Assembly: GCA_049999805.1 (NCBI GenBank) | Contig: JBNGIO010006239.1 | Location: 90,743 to 154,742 of the forward strand | DNA length: 64,000 nucleotides | Source of the DNA: Folioceros fuciformis | Lineage: Eukaryota | Reading direction: 5' to 3' | Shown here: positions 23,329 through 34,402 of the stretch, in pieces | Position numbering within the stretch: position 1 is the stretch's first letter | How the letters are laid out: each line of letters starts with the position of its first letter | The notes under the pieces: model-generated | What the model was told of the DNA's origin: nothing | Databases searched by the model: none | The model's input: only the letters and a program-made list of their open reading frames with translations | Position numbers and translations under genes: made by a program

Positions 23329-25936
23329 ATGGTTACAGTATGGCAACCGGATCCCTTGTGGACCCAACAAGTTGGTCTGTGTACCGGAATTTTTCGAGGA
23401 TCTCCCGCTCAGCTCACATCAGTTTGTCAACCGCTGGGTAAGCTTCAGGGCTCCAGACGCAACAGTGAGAGAGCCCAGCTCTTTCACTTCCGAGAGATGT
23501 GTGGTTGGGGAAGGATCTGGAGCGATGGTGGTTGCTGGGAGCAGGATCTTCTGCGGCAGCAGTTGTTTCAGGACCTGCTATGTGGTGGGACAAGAGGCGA
23601 GATGAGAGGAGTTCCCGTTCGCCTGACTTTCCGCGTAAGGGGGCCGGCGAGGTCCTGTGGTTAAACAGAGTGTTCACGCCAGCTTGAGTTGATGAGCAGC
23701 TGGGTTCTTGGGATATGCGGGGATCATAGGGCCTTTCCTTCCAACGCGTAGGCTGAACGTGGCAGGTGTGTGGGATCTGAAGTGGGCGCAGTAACGACTG
23801 TGACGGTGAGCACGTTATGCCAGAAGTGGAAGCTTTCGGAGGCTGTTGGAGCCGTGGAATATCTGGTGCAGAGAGACTGTCCTATTGTATACTGTGCCAA
23901 AACTGTGCGCAGCTAAGAAGGATCTGGTTGTGGGGTGGACGGCTGCATAATCTCACTGTCAAACTTAGTTACGTGTCGAGTGCATAATTGGGGAACCATG
24001 TATTGCGCATGTACGTTTCTGGAGGAAGGTTAGAGGAGGGCATGAATGTGTTCATAGGGGGGTGGGGAAAACCAAATGCTTTCCTGTGGTTTTTGCATGA
24101 CATCAGCGCATCCTAAACATGGGAAACCTTATGAGACGGTACATCTGTGCCACGAGATGCGTAGGCCAGGTGCGAAGGCGGATGCTTTTTGGAAGTTTGG
24201 CCACAAGGGATGCAGTGATTTGGAATACACTTTTATCTGGGTACGCACAGCGAGGGCTCGGCCAGGAGGCGTTTTTTCTGTATGAGCAAAGAGAGCAGGA
24301 GGGCCTCATTTTGGCTGTCCAGGTTACCTTCTGAAGTTCGGTGTCAGCAGTGGTGCCTGACAGAAGGGCAGGCAACTGCACTCCCAGATTTGGATCGAGG
24401 GCAGCTTGACAATGTACTGGTGAGCAACTGCTTGGTGGACATGTCTGCCAAATGTGGCGAAATGGGAGAGGCACGAGGGGTTTTCGAAAGTTTGGCCACA
24501 AAGGATGTGGTGACATGGAATGCACTGGTTTTGGACTAACGATGTTACTTTCGCTGGACTTCTGACTGACTGTGCAAGAACTCTGGGCGCACTAAAGGGC
24601 AGGCAGCTGCACTCACAGACTGTGGAAAGAGGGCTGCTGGATGGCACACGCGTGAGCACCTGCCTTGTGGACATGTTTGCAAAATGTGGCGAACTGGAGG
24701 AGGCACGCAAGGTTTTTGACAGCTTGGCCATAAAGGATGTGACGACATGGAAAGCTCAGGTAGCGGGGTATGCACAACAAGAGCTCGGTGAAAAGGATCT
24801 TGTTTTGTATGATCAGATGGAGCAAGAGGTTGTGATTTGGCTAACGATGTTACTTTTGCTTGCCTTCTGAATGCCTGTGTCAGCACTGGTGCCCTACAGA
24901 GGGGCAGGCAGTTGCACTCACAGATTGTGGAAAGAGGACTGCTGGATCGCACACCAGTAGGCACCTGCCTTGTGGACATGTAGGCAAAATGTGGAGAACA
25001 GAATGAGGCACTCCAGGTTTTTGACAGTTAGCCCACAGAGGATGTCGTAACATGGAATGCCTTGATATGTGGGTGTGGAATTTGTGATGAAGGTTCCTAC
25101 ATGCTAGTTTGTCTTGAGGAGATGTTAGTCGCGGTTTTTCTTAATGACGCTAGATTTGTGTTTTGGTAGCATGCAGTCATCAGGTACATGAGGGTAGGAA
25201 GCGCCTTGATTCCACGCCTGAACAGCATGGCATCAAACCTACTATAAAGCATCAAACCTACTATATTATGATTGATCTTCCTGCAGAGAACATGCTATTT
25301 TCATGTGAGAGCCAAAGCAATACTGTGGGACTGAGGTGTGTGCTGAATGCCTGCACAAATCACGGAGACATAAAGTGGGCGGCATGGTGTTTCGAAGTCT
25401 TATCACACTAGAACCTCAGTAGGCGTGCGCGCATGCGCTCATGCCAATGCCCGTGTAGATGCAGGAATGTGGAACGATGTAGAAAGACTTGAAAACCAGA
25501 GAATGATTGCAGGAGCCAGAAAGAACCCTGCAGTTGCGTGCATTGAGGTGAGAAAGACGGTACATACATTTGTGGTGGGAGGAAACAGAGATGATGATCT
25601 GGCCACCAAAGTAGAGAGCATGAATGCACGTCTGAAGCAGGAGTGTGGGCAAGTACCAGAAACAACAGTGGTGTTGAAGCCAGTGGGTGAAGCAAAAGGA
25701 AGATGCCGTTCGTAGTCATGCTGAGAAGCTGGCTTTGGGGTTTGGTCTCCTGGACATCCCTAGTGACACACCTCTGCTCTGTTGGTAACGAAGAATCCAC
25801 GGATGCACAGTGATTGCCACAGTTTCACCGACATCATGTGAAGGATTGAGAACAGAGGCATTGTGTTGTTGAGAGGGATGGGTACCGTGTGCATCGATTT
25901 GCAGGTGGTTGTTGCAGCTGTGAGGGCCGACCTTGA
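23329..25936 (+). pseudogene. pseudogene paralog of the PDF-PLS-PPR-DYW:KP(GRP) gene
   Basis: Starts MVTVWQPDPLWTQQ, like the intact copy. Has one frameshifted PDF motif (WWDKRRDERSSRSPDFPRKGAGEVLWLN), PPR fragments (CLVDMFAKCGELEEAR), RKNPAVACIEV and HAEKLAL, and ends CSCEGRP-TGA at 25934-25936. Numerous frameshifts and in-frame stops. Confidence 0.92.
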
Positions 25937-26491
25937 GAAAGTCGATGACGTTCCGTCGTCATGCTCTAGGGTTTACATTATGTCAGCGTACGTACTGGCT
26001 TTGGAGAAAAAAAACTTCTTTTTTCCTGAAGAACAAGAACGCTGGCGTATCTCATGCCTGCCTGGACATCAGCATGTAGATATACCGTGTCCTAAGCCGT
26101 CTCAGAGCCTACCGTAGAGATGTCCGGTCATGAACTCTAAGAATCCTACCTGATGGCCCCAGACTCGATTTTCCTTAGGAGGGCCTAAGTACGTGTGAAT
26201 GATTCAGTCATGCTTGAACTGGCCTTGTTTCCATACAAGGGAACGAGCTAGTCTCGAGGGACGCGCAATTGGGCAATTGTGGTGCATGCTGTATATCCAT
26301 GCATGAATGTTCACGACGTCACAAGGAACTGAGGCTGCTCCTGAGGAGGATCCTCTGTACGTGGGGCTTCATCATGTTGTAACTCTTGGCAGTCATGGGA
26401 AACTACATCCACCTTCCCAAAGAAGATGGATTCTCAGCACCCGCATTCCACAGTTCACCTTTGCAGCCAGACTCTGGCCCCTTGGCCAATC

Positions 26492-29400
26492 TCACGGTCG
26501 ACCCTCACAGCTGCAACACCCATCTACGAATCGATGCACACGGTATCCATCCCTCACAACAATGTCTCTCTTTTCAATCCTTGACATGATCTCTGTCGAA
26601 CTGTGGCAGTCACTGCACATGCGGAGGTTCTTCGTTACTAGCAGAGGTGTCCCATCTGGAGTGTTCAAGAGACCGAACGCCAGAGCTAGCTTCTCAGCAT
26701 GCCCGCAGAGAGAATCTTCCTTTTCCTTCTCGGACAATGGCTTCAACACCAATTTGGTGTGTGGTACGTGGCCCCCTTCTTGTTTCAGACGTGCATTCGT
26801 GATCTCTACCTTCGGCACGAGATCATCCTTCTTTTCTCCCACCACAAATGTATGTACCTGCCTTTTCACCTCAATGCTCGCCACTGCAGGTTTCTTCTTG
26901 GCTCCTGCTAGCATCCTCTGTGTTTCTATCCTATCTACATCGGTCCACCTACCTGCATCTGCATAGGCATTGGCCATGAGCACATATGCGGATGCATTCT
27001 GAGGCTCTAATGTAACGAGACTCTCAAAACACTTTCTAGCCCTCTCTACATCCCCGTGACTTTTGCAGGCATTCAGCAAAGACGTCAAACCCACAACATT
27101 GCTTTGGCTCTCACATGACAACAGCATCTTCTCTGCCTCATCTAAACGGCCGGCACGCCCTAGCAGATCAATCATGCAAGTATAATGCTCCAGAGTGGGT
27201 TTGATACCATGCTGTTCCACCATGGAATTGAAATGCGCGCGGCCCTCGTCCACCAGTCCCATACGACTGCATGCTGCTAAAATGCAAGTGTAAATAGCAT
27301 CATCAGGCTGAATACCTGCAGCTAACATCTCCTCAAAGTAATCTGATGCCTTGTGGACATCGTCCGAAGTACCACAACCAGCGATGAGGGCCGTCCAAGT
27401 CATGACATTCTTCATGGGCAAGCTGTTGAAAACCCCCCGTGCAGCTTCCAGTTCGCCACATTTTGCATACATGTCCACTAGGCAGGTGCCCACAACTACG
27501 TTATGCAGCTGTCCGCTTTCAACAATCTGTGAGTGCAGCTGCCTGCCCGTCTGTAAGGCACCAACGCTTGCACATGCCTTGAGAAGGCAAGCAAAAGTAA
27601 CATGGTCAGCCACAAGCAGGCCCTCCTGCTCCATTTGCCCATACAGTAGAAGCGCCTCATGGCCTAGCCCTTGCTGTGCATACCCTGCAATCAGCGCCGT
27701 CCATGCCACCACGTCCTTTGTGGTCGAGCTGTCAAAAACCTGACGTGCTTCGTCCAGTTCACCACATTTTGCATACATGTCCACCAGGCAGGTCCCCAAC
27801 ACTAAGTTATCTAGCTGCCCTCTTTCCACAATCTGCGAGTGCAGCTGCCTGCCCTTCAATAAAGCACAGCCGCTTGCACAGGCCTTCAGAAGGGAAACAA
27901 AAGTGACATGGTCAGGCTCAATCAGGCTGTCCTGCTCCATTTGTTCATGAAGAACAAGCGCCTCTTGACAGAGCCCATGATTTACATACCCAGCAATCAG
28001 AGCATTCCATGTCACCACATTCTTCGTGGTCAAGTTGTCAAAAACATATCGTGCCTTGCTCAGTTCGCCACACTTTGCATACATGTCCACCAGGCAGGCA
28101 CCAACAAATAAGTCAAGAGGAATACCACTGCGCAACACATCAGCGTGCACTTTTCGGCCAGATTCCAAGTCTGAAGCTAATGCACAAGCTTGAAGGGCAG
28201 CGACAAAGACGTGCGCATCTGCTTTCGCATCTGACCCACGCATCTCATGGTACAGTCGTATGGCCTCCTTAGGCTTCCCATGTTTGGCATGTGCCGAGAT
28301 AATGGAAAACCACATGAAAGCATCTGACTTCCCTACCCTGGTGAACACATCCATGGCCTCGTGTAGCATTCCTCCACTTGCATACATGCGAAGAACATGG
28401 TTTCCCAAGTACGTATCGGACTCATACCCAAGTTCGACAGCCAGATCATGAACTCGTTGACCTAGAACCACATCCTTGTCAACTGTGCACAGTTTTAGCA
28501 CAGCACAGAGTAGAGACTTGGGAACAGGATAATCTGTCTGCGCCAGACTCTCCAGGGCTCCAACAGCTTCGGTACTTTTCCCTTGCTCACAAAACGTGCT
28601 CACGGCTACAGCCGTGACGACGCCCATTCCCGATCCTGCTCTCTTGCGGGGTTCTTCAGCCTTGAATTTGGAAGGAAAGGAACCACGAGCCATCCGCATG
28701 TCCAAAGAACCGAGCTGCTCATCCACCCAATCTGGCTTGAACATGCTGTTTAACCACAGGACCTCGCCGGACCCCTTACGCCGGAAGTCTGGCAACTGGG
28801 AGTTCTCTCGTCTGTTATCCCACCACACGGTAGGGTCCAAAAACAAATCTTGCCACAAGGCCTCCTGCTCCTGGCGACGACGATCGCTGGAAAATTCCAA
28901 CCCGCCTAGACACTTTGGAAGCGGAAGTGCTCGGTTCTGCACACTCCTGGGGCTGAAACCTTGATCGCTAGCCAGAAGTTGACTCCCCAGTGTCGGGTGA
29001 GAAATGGGACGGTCTATTTGCAGCATAGATTCCAGTCCAACAGCCTCAGTAAGCTTCCCATGATGACATAACGTACCTACCGTTACGCCGGATTCAGGCT
29101 TATGCTTGGAAGGAGAGGCACCAGAACCCATCTGCATATCTAAGGCATCGAGCTGCTCATCCACCCAATCTGGCTTGCACATGCTATTTAACCACAGGAC
29201 TTCGCCGGACCCCTTACGCCGGAAGTCAGGCGAACGGGAGCTCTTCTTATCTCGTCTGTTGTCCCACCACATGGTAGGGTCGACAAAAAATTGTTGCCAC
29301 AAGCGCTCCTGCTCTTGGCGACGACCATCGCTGGGGACTCCTTCCCCGCCCACGCATTTGCCCGGCCGTGGAAGTGCAGGGTTCCTTACCGTACTGCACC

Positions 29401-29527
29401 TGGAGGCTTGGTTGCTTTCCAGCAGCTGACTACCTAAGGTGAGGTGAGCGGGTCCTCCTCCTCGAATCCCTGTAAACCCACCAAGTTGTTGGGTCCACAA
29501 AGGGTCAGCTTGCCATACTGTGGCCAT
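26492..29527 (-). CDS. PLS-class PPR RNA-editing factor with DYW:KP (GRP-type) domain and two N-terminal OSB-type PDF motifs
   Basis: Uninterrupted 1011-aa ORF. PDF-like motifs at aa 76-126 and 224-272; about 15 P/L/S repeats ending P2-L2-S2; E1-E2; then KKKPAVASIEV, HAEKLA, NLRMCSDCH and CSCEGRP. Confidence 0.95.
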   Translation of the reverse strand: MATVWQADPLWTQQLGGFTGIRGGGPAHLTLGSQLLESNQASRCSTVRNPALPRPGKCVGGEGVPSDGRRQEQERLWQQFFVDPTMWWDNRRDKKSSRSPDFRRKGSGEVLWLNSMCKPDWVDEQLDALDMQMGSGASPSKHKPESGVTVGTLCHHGKLTEAVGLESMLQIDRPISHPTLGSQLLASDQGFSPRSVQNRALPLPKCLGGLEFSSDRRRQEQEALWQDLFLDPTVWWDNRRENSQLPDFRRKGSGEVLWLNSMFKPDWVDEQLGSLDMRMARGSFPSKFKAEEPRKRAGSGMGVVTAVAVSTFCEQGKSTEAVGALESLAQTDYPVPKSLLCAVLKLCTVDKDVVLGQRVHDLAVELGYESDTYLGNHVLRMYASGGMLHEAMDVFTRVGKSDAFMWFSIISAHAKHGKPKEAIRLYHEMRGSDAKADAHVFVAALQACALASDLESGRKVHADVLRSGIPLDLFVGACLVDMYAKCGELSKARYVFDNLTTKNVVTWNALIAGYVNHGLCQEALVLHEQMEQDSLIEPDHVTFVSLLKACASGCALLKGRQLHSQIVERGQLDNLVLGTCLVDMYAKCGELDEARQVFDSSTTKDVVAWTALIAGYAQQGLGHEALLLYGQMEQEGLLVADHVTFACLLKACASVGALQTGRQLHSQIVESGQLHNVVVGTCLVDMYAKCGELEAARGVFNSLPMKNVMTWTALIAGCGTSDDVHKASDYFEEMLAAGIQPDDAIYTCILAACSRMGLVDEGRAHFNSMVEQHGIKPTLEHYTCMIDLLGRAGRLDEAEKMLLSCESQSNVVGLTSLLNACKSHGDVERARKCFESLVTLEPQNASAYVLMANAYADAGRWTDVDRIETQRMLAGAKKKPAVASIEVKRQVHTFVVGEKKDDLVPKVEITNARLKQEGGHVPHTKLVLKPLSEKEKEDSLCGHAEKLALAFGLLNTPDGTPLLVTKNLRMCSDCHSSTEIMSRIEKRDIVVRDGYRVHRFVDGCCSCEGRP

Positions 29528-30299
29528 CTAACAGGGACCCTTCTCAAGCAGATGAGGAGCACAACAAACTATCTAGTCGGTGGACGGACGCCTAGATTCT
29601 CCGCACCCAGGAATGCCACCCTGTAGTCAAGGAAATCATGGCTCCGTGTGGCAATCACAAGGCAAATCATAGCTGCTGCCTTCCCGGTATCTGCATCACC
29701 AAGGTATCAATCCCCCTAGCAACTTGGGACCCTCTTCCAGCATTGTAATGGAGGGCCGAGGACGAGAAGTTACAATCTTCAGTAGCTCCCCGTGCTGCAG
29801 GTCAAGAGGCTTCCTTCACCACCGATGGAATTGCTTTGTTCTCTGGCGATGAAATTAGTATGGTTAAGCCTACTTCATACATTTGTTGCATTGCTGATGT
29901 TCCTGAAATCATAATATCTAATTATGTTTTAAGTTTATAAATTTGATTAAGTCTATTTCGTTGATTTTAATCACAAGACTGCATACGCGGAGCGGCGATT
30001 CAGGTTGGATCCAAATGAAGGCTCGGGTAGTCGGAAGAACGTGGCTCAAATCTTTATAGGTCACATGANNNNNNNNNNCTCGGGTAGTCGGAAGAACGTG
30101 GCTCAAATCTTTATAGGTCACATGAAGTTATTTCAAAATGCACCACATCAAAACTCTAATTACACTTAGCAAGGCGGGAGCCATGATTCAGCTTGGATCT
30201 AAATGCAAGCTCAAGTAGGATCCAAATGCAATCTCAGGTAGTCAAAAGAACCTGGCTCAAAAATTTACATGAAGTTAGTTCAAGGTGCACTACATCACA

Positions 30300-30755
30300 A
30301 TCTTACTTGAACATTGGATCTACACTTGAAACTCTACTTCTACATTGAATTTATAATTTAAACTTGCATTTGGACTTTTAACAAGTTAGAATGCTTTTGT
30401 AAAGATTTTTAGAGATCATCTTGCATACTTCTCATTTTTAGAGATCATTTTTGCATCCTTGCTGTACATTGAAGCTTTGCAAGAAAGTAGTCACTTTGGT
30501 ACACAAAATTCTTTAAGTATCTATCCAGCCGAGGAACGATACCTCTCGTACTTAACAATGTTCTTGTAGATCTTATTCTTTCTTTCACATTGGCTAACTC
30601 TTTGAGATTTTTATTGAATATTAGCAATTGATCATTATCGTTACTTAGCCGATGAAGTACTTCTGTTCAAAACCTCTTAAAGTCTCTACTCCAAATTTCA
30701 AACGAATGTAGACATCATACTTCTCCCAACCATTTGCAAATGTTTATATGTAAAA
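30300..30755 (-). repeat. degenerate copy of the sequence encoding the unknown ORF at 36748-37443
   Basis: Colinear similarity at DNA and peptide level (IFNKNLKELANVKERIRSTRTLLSTRGIVPRLDRYLKNFVYQ versus VFNQKLKELGYVEEGVRYTTTLLSIRGIVPRDRLDRFLKHFVSQ). Confidence 0.8.
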
Positions 30756-32644
30756 GCTATGGTACTATACACCATAACATGATCAAGATCAACGTAGACC
30801 ACAAATGGAAGAATGGACATGAAAGCAGCCATATGGGCTGAAGGTAAATGAAGTGTTTTATACAAGGTGAAGAACAATTCCTAGACGGTCACAACTCAAA
30901 ATGCAAAACGACCATAGCCTTCCACAACGTTCTTAGCTAACTAAAAGGCTATTCTAACATTCCCACTTAGTTACAGCATTTGCAAATAGTAACTCACACT
31001 CAGAAAGATTGTCTCTTAATAACAAGCAGTTTTGTTTCTACAACAAATGATGATTTCATAGCCACAAGGCAAATGTGAGACTGTACCTCTCACCTACTGA
31101 TCATAACTCTCTCACACTGCCTACATCAGGCACCATGGGCACACTAAGCACCATTGAGCGGATCCTCCTAGTGATCAGAGCATTTGCAATTGCTATGTTC
31201 TTCAGCTAGCTGCCAAGAGCTCACTACGTCCATCGCGAGCTTGAGTTGAGCTCCATGGCTAATTCCACAACAAGGGTTGAAATGCTTGAACTTTGAAACG
31301 ATTTGAATTCCAATGAGGAAGTTCTCTAATAGGCAGTCTTGCCTTCATGTGATGTTCTGCTTAGACTCCAGCATAATCTCCTTCGAGTCTCCCAACTGCG
31401 TTCCATTGCCAACTGACTACTTTAAAGTGAAAACAGCGAGGCGGCTCCAAAACTTTGACAACAATGGGAACCCTTGAAACGTTGTCACAGCAGCTTCAAC
31501 AAACTTCTACAAGAAAACCTAGAAGGGCACTGAACACAAAGGGCAAAAGCGAGTACGAAGTGTGGAACTAACCCCTACGTAGGAGGAACTAGAGGCCTAC
31601 ATAAAATTTCCCTTTCTAGTGGAATTAGATGATGAGTCATACATGGAGAAGGAATGGGGAGTCAAGCCTATAAATAAGAGCATGAAAAAGACTAATAACA
31701 AGCAAAGAAAGAAGCTCAACAAAGGTGGTGTGAAGAAAGTAGAAGGTATCAAGGATTCTAGTGCTGCTCAAAGTAAGGAAAAGAAACCTGAAACCCACAT
31801 GACTAAAATAGGAGTGTGGGTCAAATATAGATGTAAGTTATTGATTGGAAGTGTTGAGCAGAACCTCTAATGCTAACTAAAAGGTGACTAATGACTCCTA
31901 TGGTTGTACAAGTGGAGAAGGAAAACCCCGTACACCTATCCACCTAGGAAGGGGGGCAGCACGTGGGGCCACTTGTAATGGCCTCACTTATCCCATTGTT
32001 GTCAAGACTATGGGTTTCGTTCCCACTAAGGAGCAGCGAAGTGCATCTTTCTTTCTTTCTCTCTCGATGGATGGATAGAGAGCCTACCTCTCTTGCTACC
32101 TCTTTCTCCCAAGTATCTTATCCACTCCCTGCCCTACCCTAGCCCCTATGTCACAGCCTATCAAGCAAACAATTGAGTCAACCTCCCTGCCAACCCATGA
32201 AAATGGCTTAGACTAACATCGTGTTAGATGCTTCCCACAGTTAGTCCTCACAACAACAACGTAGGACAATTTACAAGATCTCAAGAACATTGCCCAAAGG
32301 CTATGTTCTATCCCCTGGACAGACCTCCTAAACACTTATATAACTCACACAATTACCAGCTAACGCCATGTCAAATTCTACTCATGGTCAGCCCTCAAGT
32401 TAGCAATTGAGGACAGTCTACCAGATCTAGCAAGCATCTTCGAACGAGTATGTCCCAACACTTGGACAGACTTCCTAGTCCCTTGTACAGCTCACACACT
32501 ATTGTGATGGATTTGAGGGCTCCCCTCCAGCTTCTGTCAAGCGTAGAACAAGCTTCTTGTCGAGCACTCCTTGGTGCTTTTCTTAACTATACTTCTACCT
32601 CTACTCATCCTACTAACTCCCCCCCACCGTGTCGAATATTAAGA

Positions 32645-32855
32645 CCTGTTAGTCAGACGGTCACACTCGTCAGTCGGATCGTCACACCCGTCAGTCGAAC
32701 AGTCATACCCTTCAGTCGAACCATCACACCCGTCAATCGGACCGTCACACATGTCAGTCAGATCGTCACACCCTTTAGTTAGACGATCATACCTGTCAGT
32801 CAGACGGTCACACCTGTCAGTCGGATTGTCACACCCGTGAATCGGACAATCATTA
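32645..32855. repeat. 21-bp minisatellite (about 10 degenerate copies)
   Basis: Unit about gtcagtcgga(c/t)cgtcacaccc; reads as the heptad VSRTVTP. Confidence 0.85.
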
Positions 32856-33479
32856 CCATTCCACGTGCACCCACCCCCAATAGTTCCCACAACAGCTGTC
32901 CCCTACCATCTCGTTTGATAGTCCCTTAGTTCCTTGAACTGACCAGTGAGTAGGTTCATTAGTCCACGATCTGACGCTAGCCAGAACCCTGGAACGCAGC
33001 AATGGGCAAGCAAAATTCAGAAAGACTTTTTCTCGGTGATAGCAGGTGCAACCAGCACGCAGCTCAAAGTGTGTGTGCTCATGAGGAAGAAGGTGGATAA
33101 AACATATTACTATTGGATGCCGAAGGAGGGGGAGCTCAGGGCCTTACCTATGCGTTCCTTCTAGATAGGGGCCTTGATTGGAGACCAGTTACTTGCTCTT
33201 TGGCATGGAGTTAAGTTGAGAGCTATGGACATGATGCCGGTGGGATTGGGGTTTAACAATAAGTCTCAACGGGGAGTTTGTCATAGCTTATGAAGCAAGT
33301 GAGGACTTGGTGAAGACACTAAAAATACAAGGCAAGCTCCCACTGGAGGATTTGAACAAAATACCTAGGTAGTGGGCAATGCTCTTAGAAACAATAGCAT
33401 GAATATCACCAATGCTAGCAAAGAGAGTGTGCTTTTCATGCACATGTTTCGAGAGAGCTTTTGTAAGGAAATCATAAAT

Positions 33480-34400
33480 CATTGTCCTATGTAGGAACAT
33501 AAGATACTATTACCTCTCCCATTCTTGCGATTTGGCGAATAAAATGATGACTAATTTCCATATGTTTAGACCATGCATAGAAAACTAGGTTCCTTGAGTC
33601 TGCAATGGCAGATTGGTTGTCACACCAGAGTGTTGTGGATCCTGATTGAAGGTGTCATAGTCCTTTAAGAAAACTGCGAATCCGTATGATTTCCTTCGAA
33701 GCCTAAGTCATAGATGCATAGTTTGTTTTGGTTGAAGAGAGACATATAGTAGATAGTTTTTTGTTGGACCAAGAAACAGTAGAGTTGCCCAAAAAAGTAC
33801 AATAGGTTGCAACATTGCAACCTTGGGTCCTTCACCCAATCCACATCGCAATAAGATGCAAAGCCTAAACCATCCAAATACTTCAAGAAGCATAATTCTT
33901 TTCGAGCAGCCCCTTTCAAATAGCAAAAACTTTGCTTATCAGTAGTCCAATGAGGTTGGCTAGGATTCTCTAGGAACTAACCAACAGCTCCCGATGCCCA
34001 AGTGATATCCATACGAGTCCAACCAGAAAGATAAATCAAAGAGCCAACAACCTATTTGTAAGGGGTGTTGAGCGTAAGCTACTTCTCCTTATTAGTACTG
34101 GAGCATTGTTCCAAGGTGAGTTTCTCTCCTAAAGCCAAGGGAGTCGCAAATGGCTTGGCATCAAGCATGTTAAAACGCCAAAGGAGTTGATGGACAAAGT
34201 TTTCTTGATGGATATCAATAGCCCCATCACTACTATTGAAATGAAATTGCACACCAAGGGAAAAGGTGAGTCCGCCAAGTGTAGACGGTCGTAGGTATCG
34301 GAACTCCCCTCGAAATAATCAAACAACATGGACTAAGTAGTTTTTTTTTGTTTTGATCAATAGAGTGATTGAATATGACCGATGCGGTTCCTTTCATACC
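33480..34400 (-). mobile_element. Copia RT/RNaseH remnant
   Basis: Minus-strand peptides VGSLIY, YCDVDWVKD, LWCDNQSAIA and LKHMEISHHFIRQ; heavily degenerate. Confidence 0.75.
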
Positions 34401-34402
34401 CA

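Noticed and set aside
30020-30130. Exact ~47-bp direct repeat around a 10-N gap (similar cases near 44550-44670, 48330 and 51650)
   Set aside because: Identical sequence on both sides of a scaffold gap is typical of contig-end overlap, so it is probably an assembly artefact.
32450-32890. Heptad-repeat ORFs (VSRTVTP / GCDD) resembling a structural protein
   Set aside because: They arise from a 21-bp minisatellite inside TE debris, with stops in the array and no gene structure.
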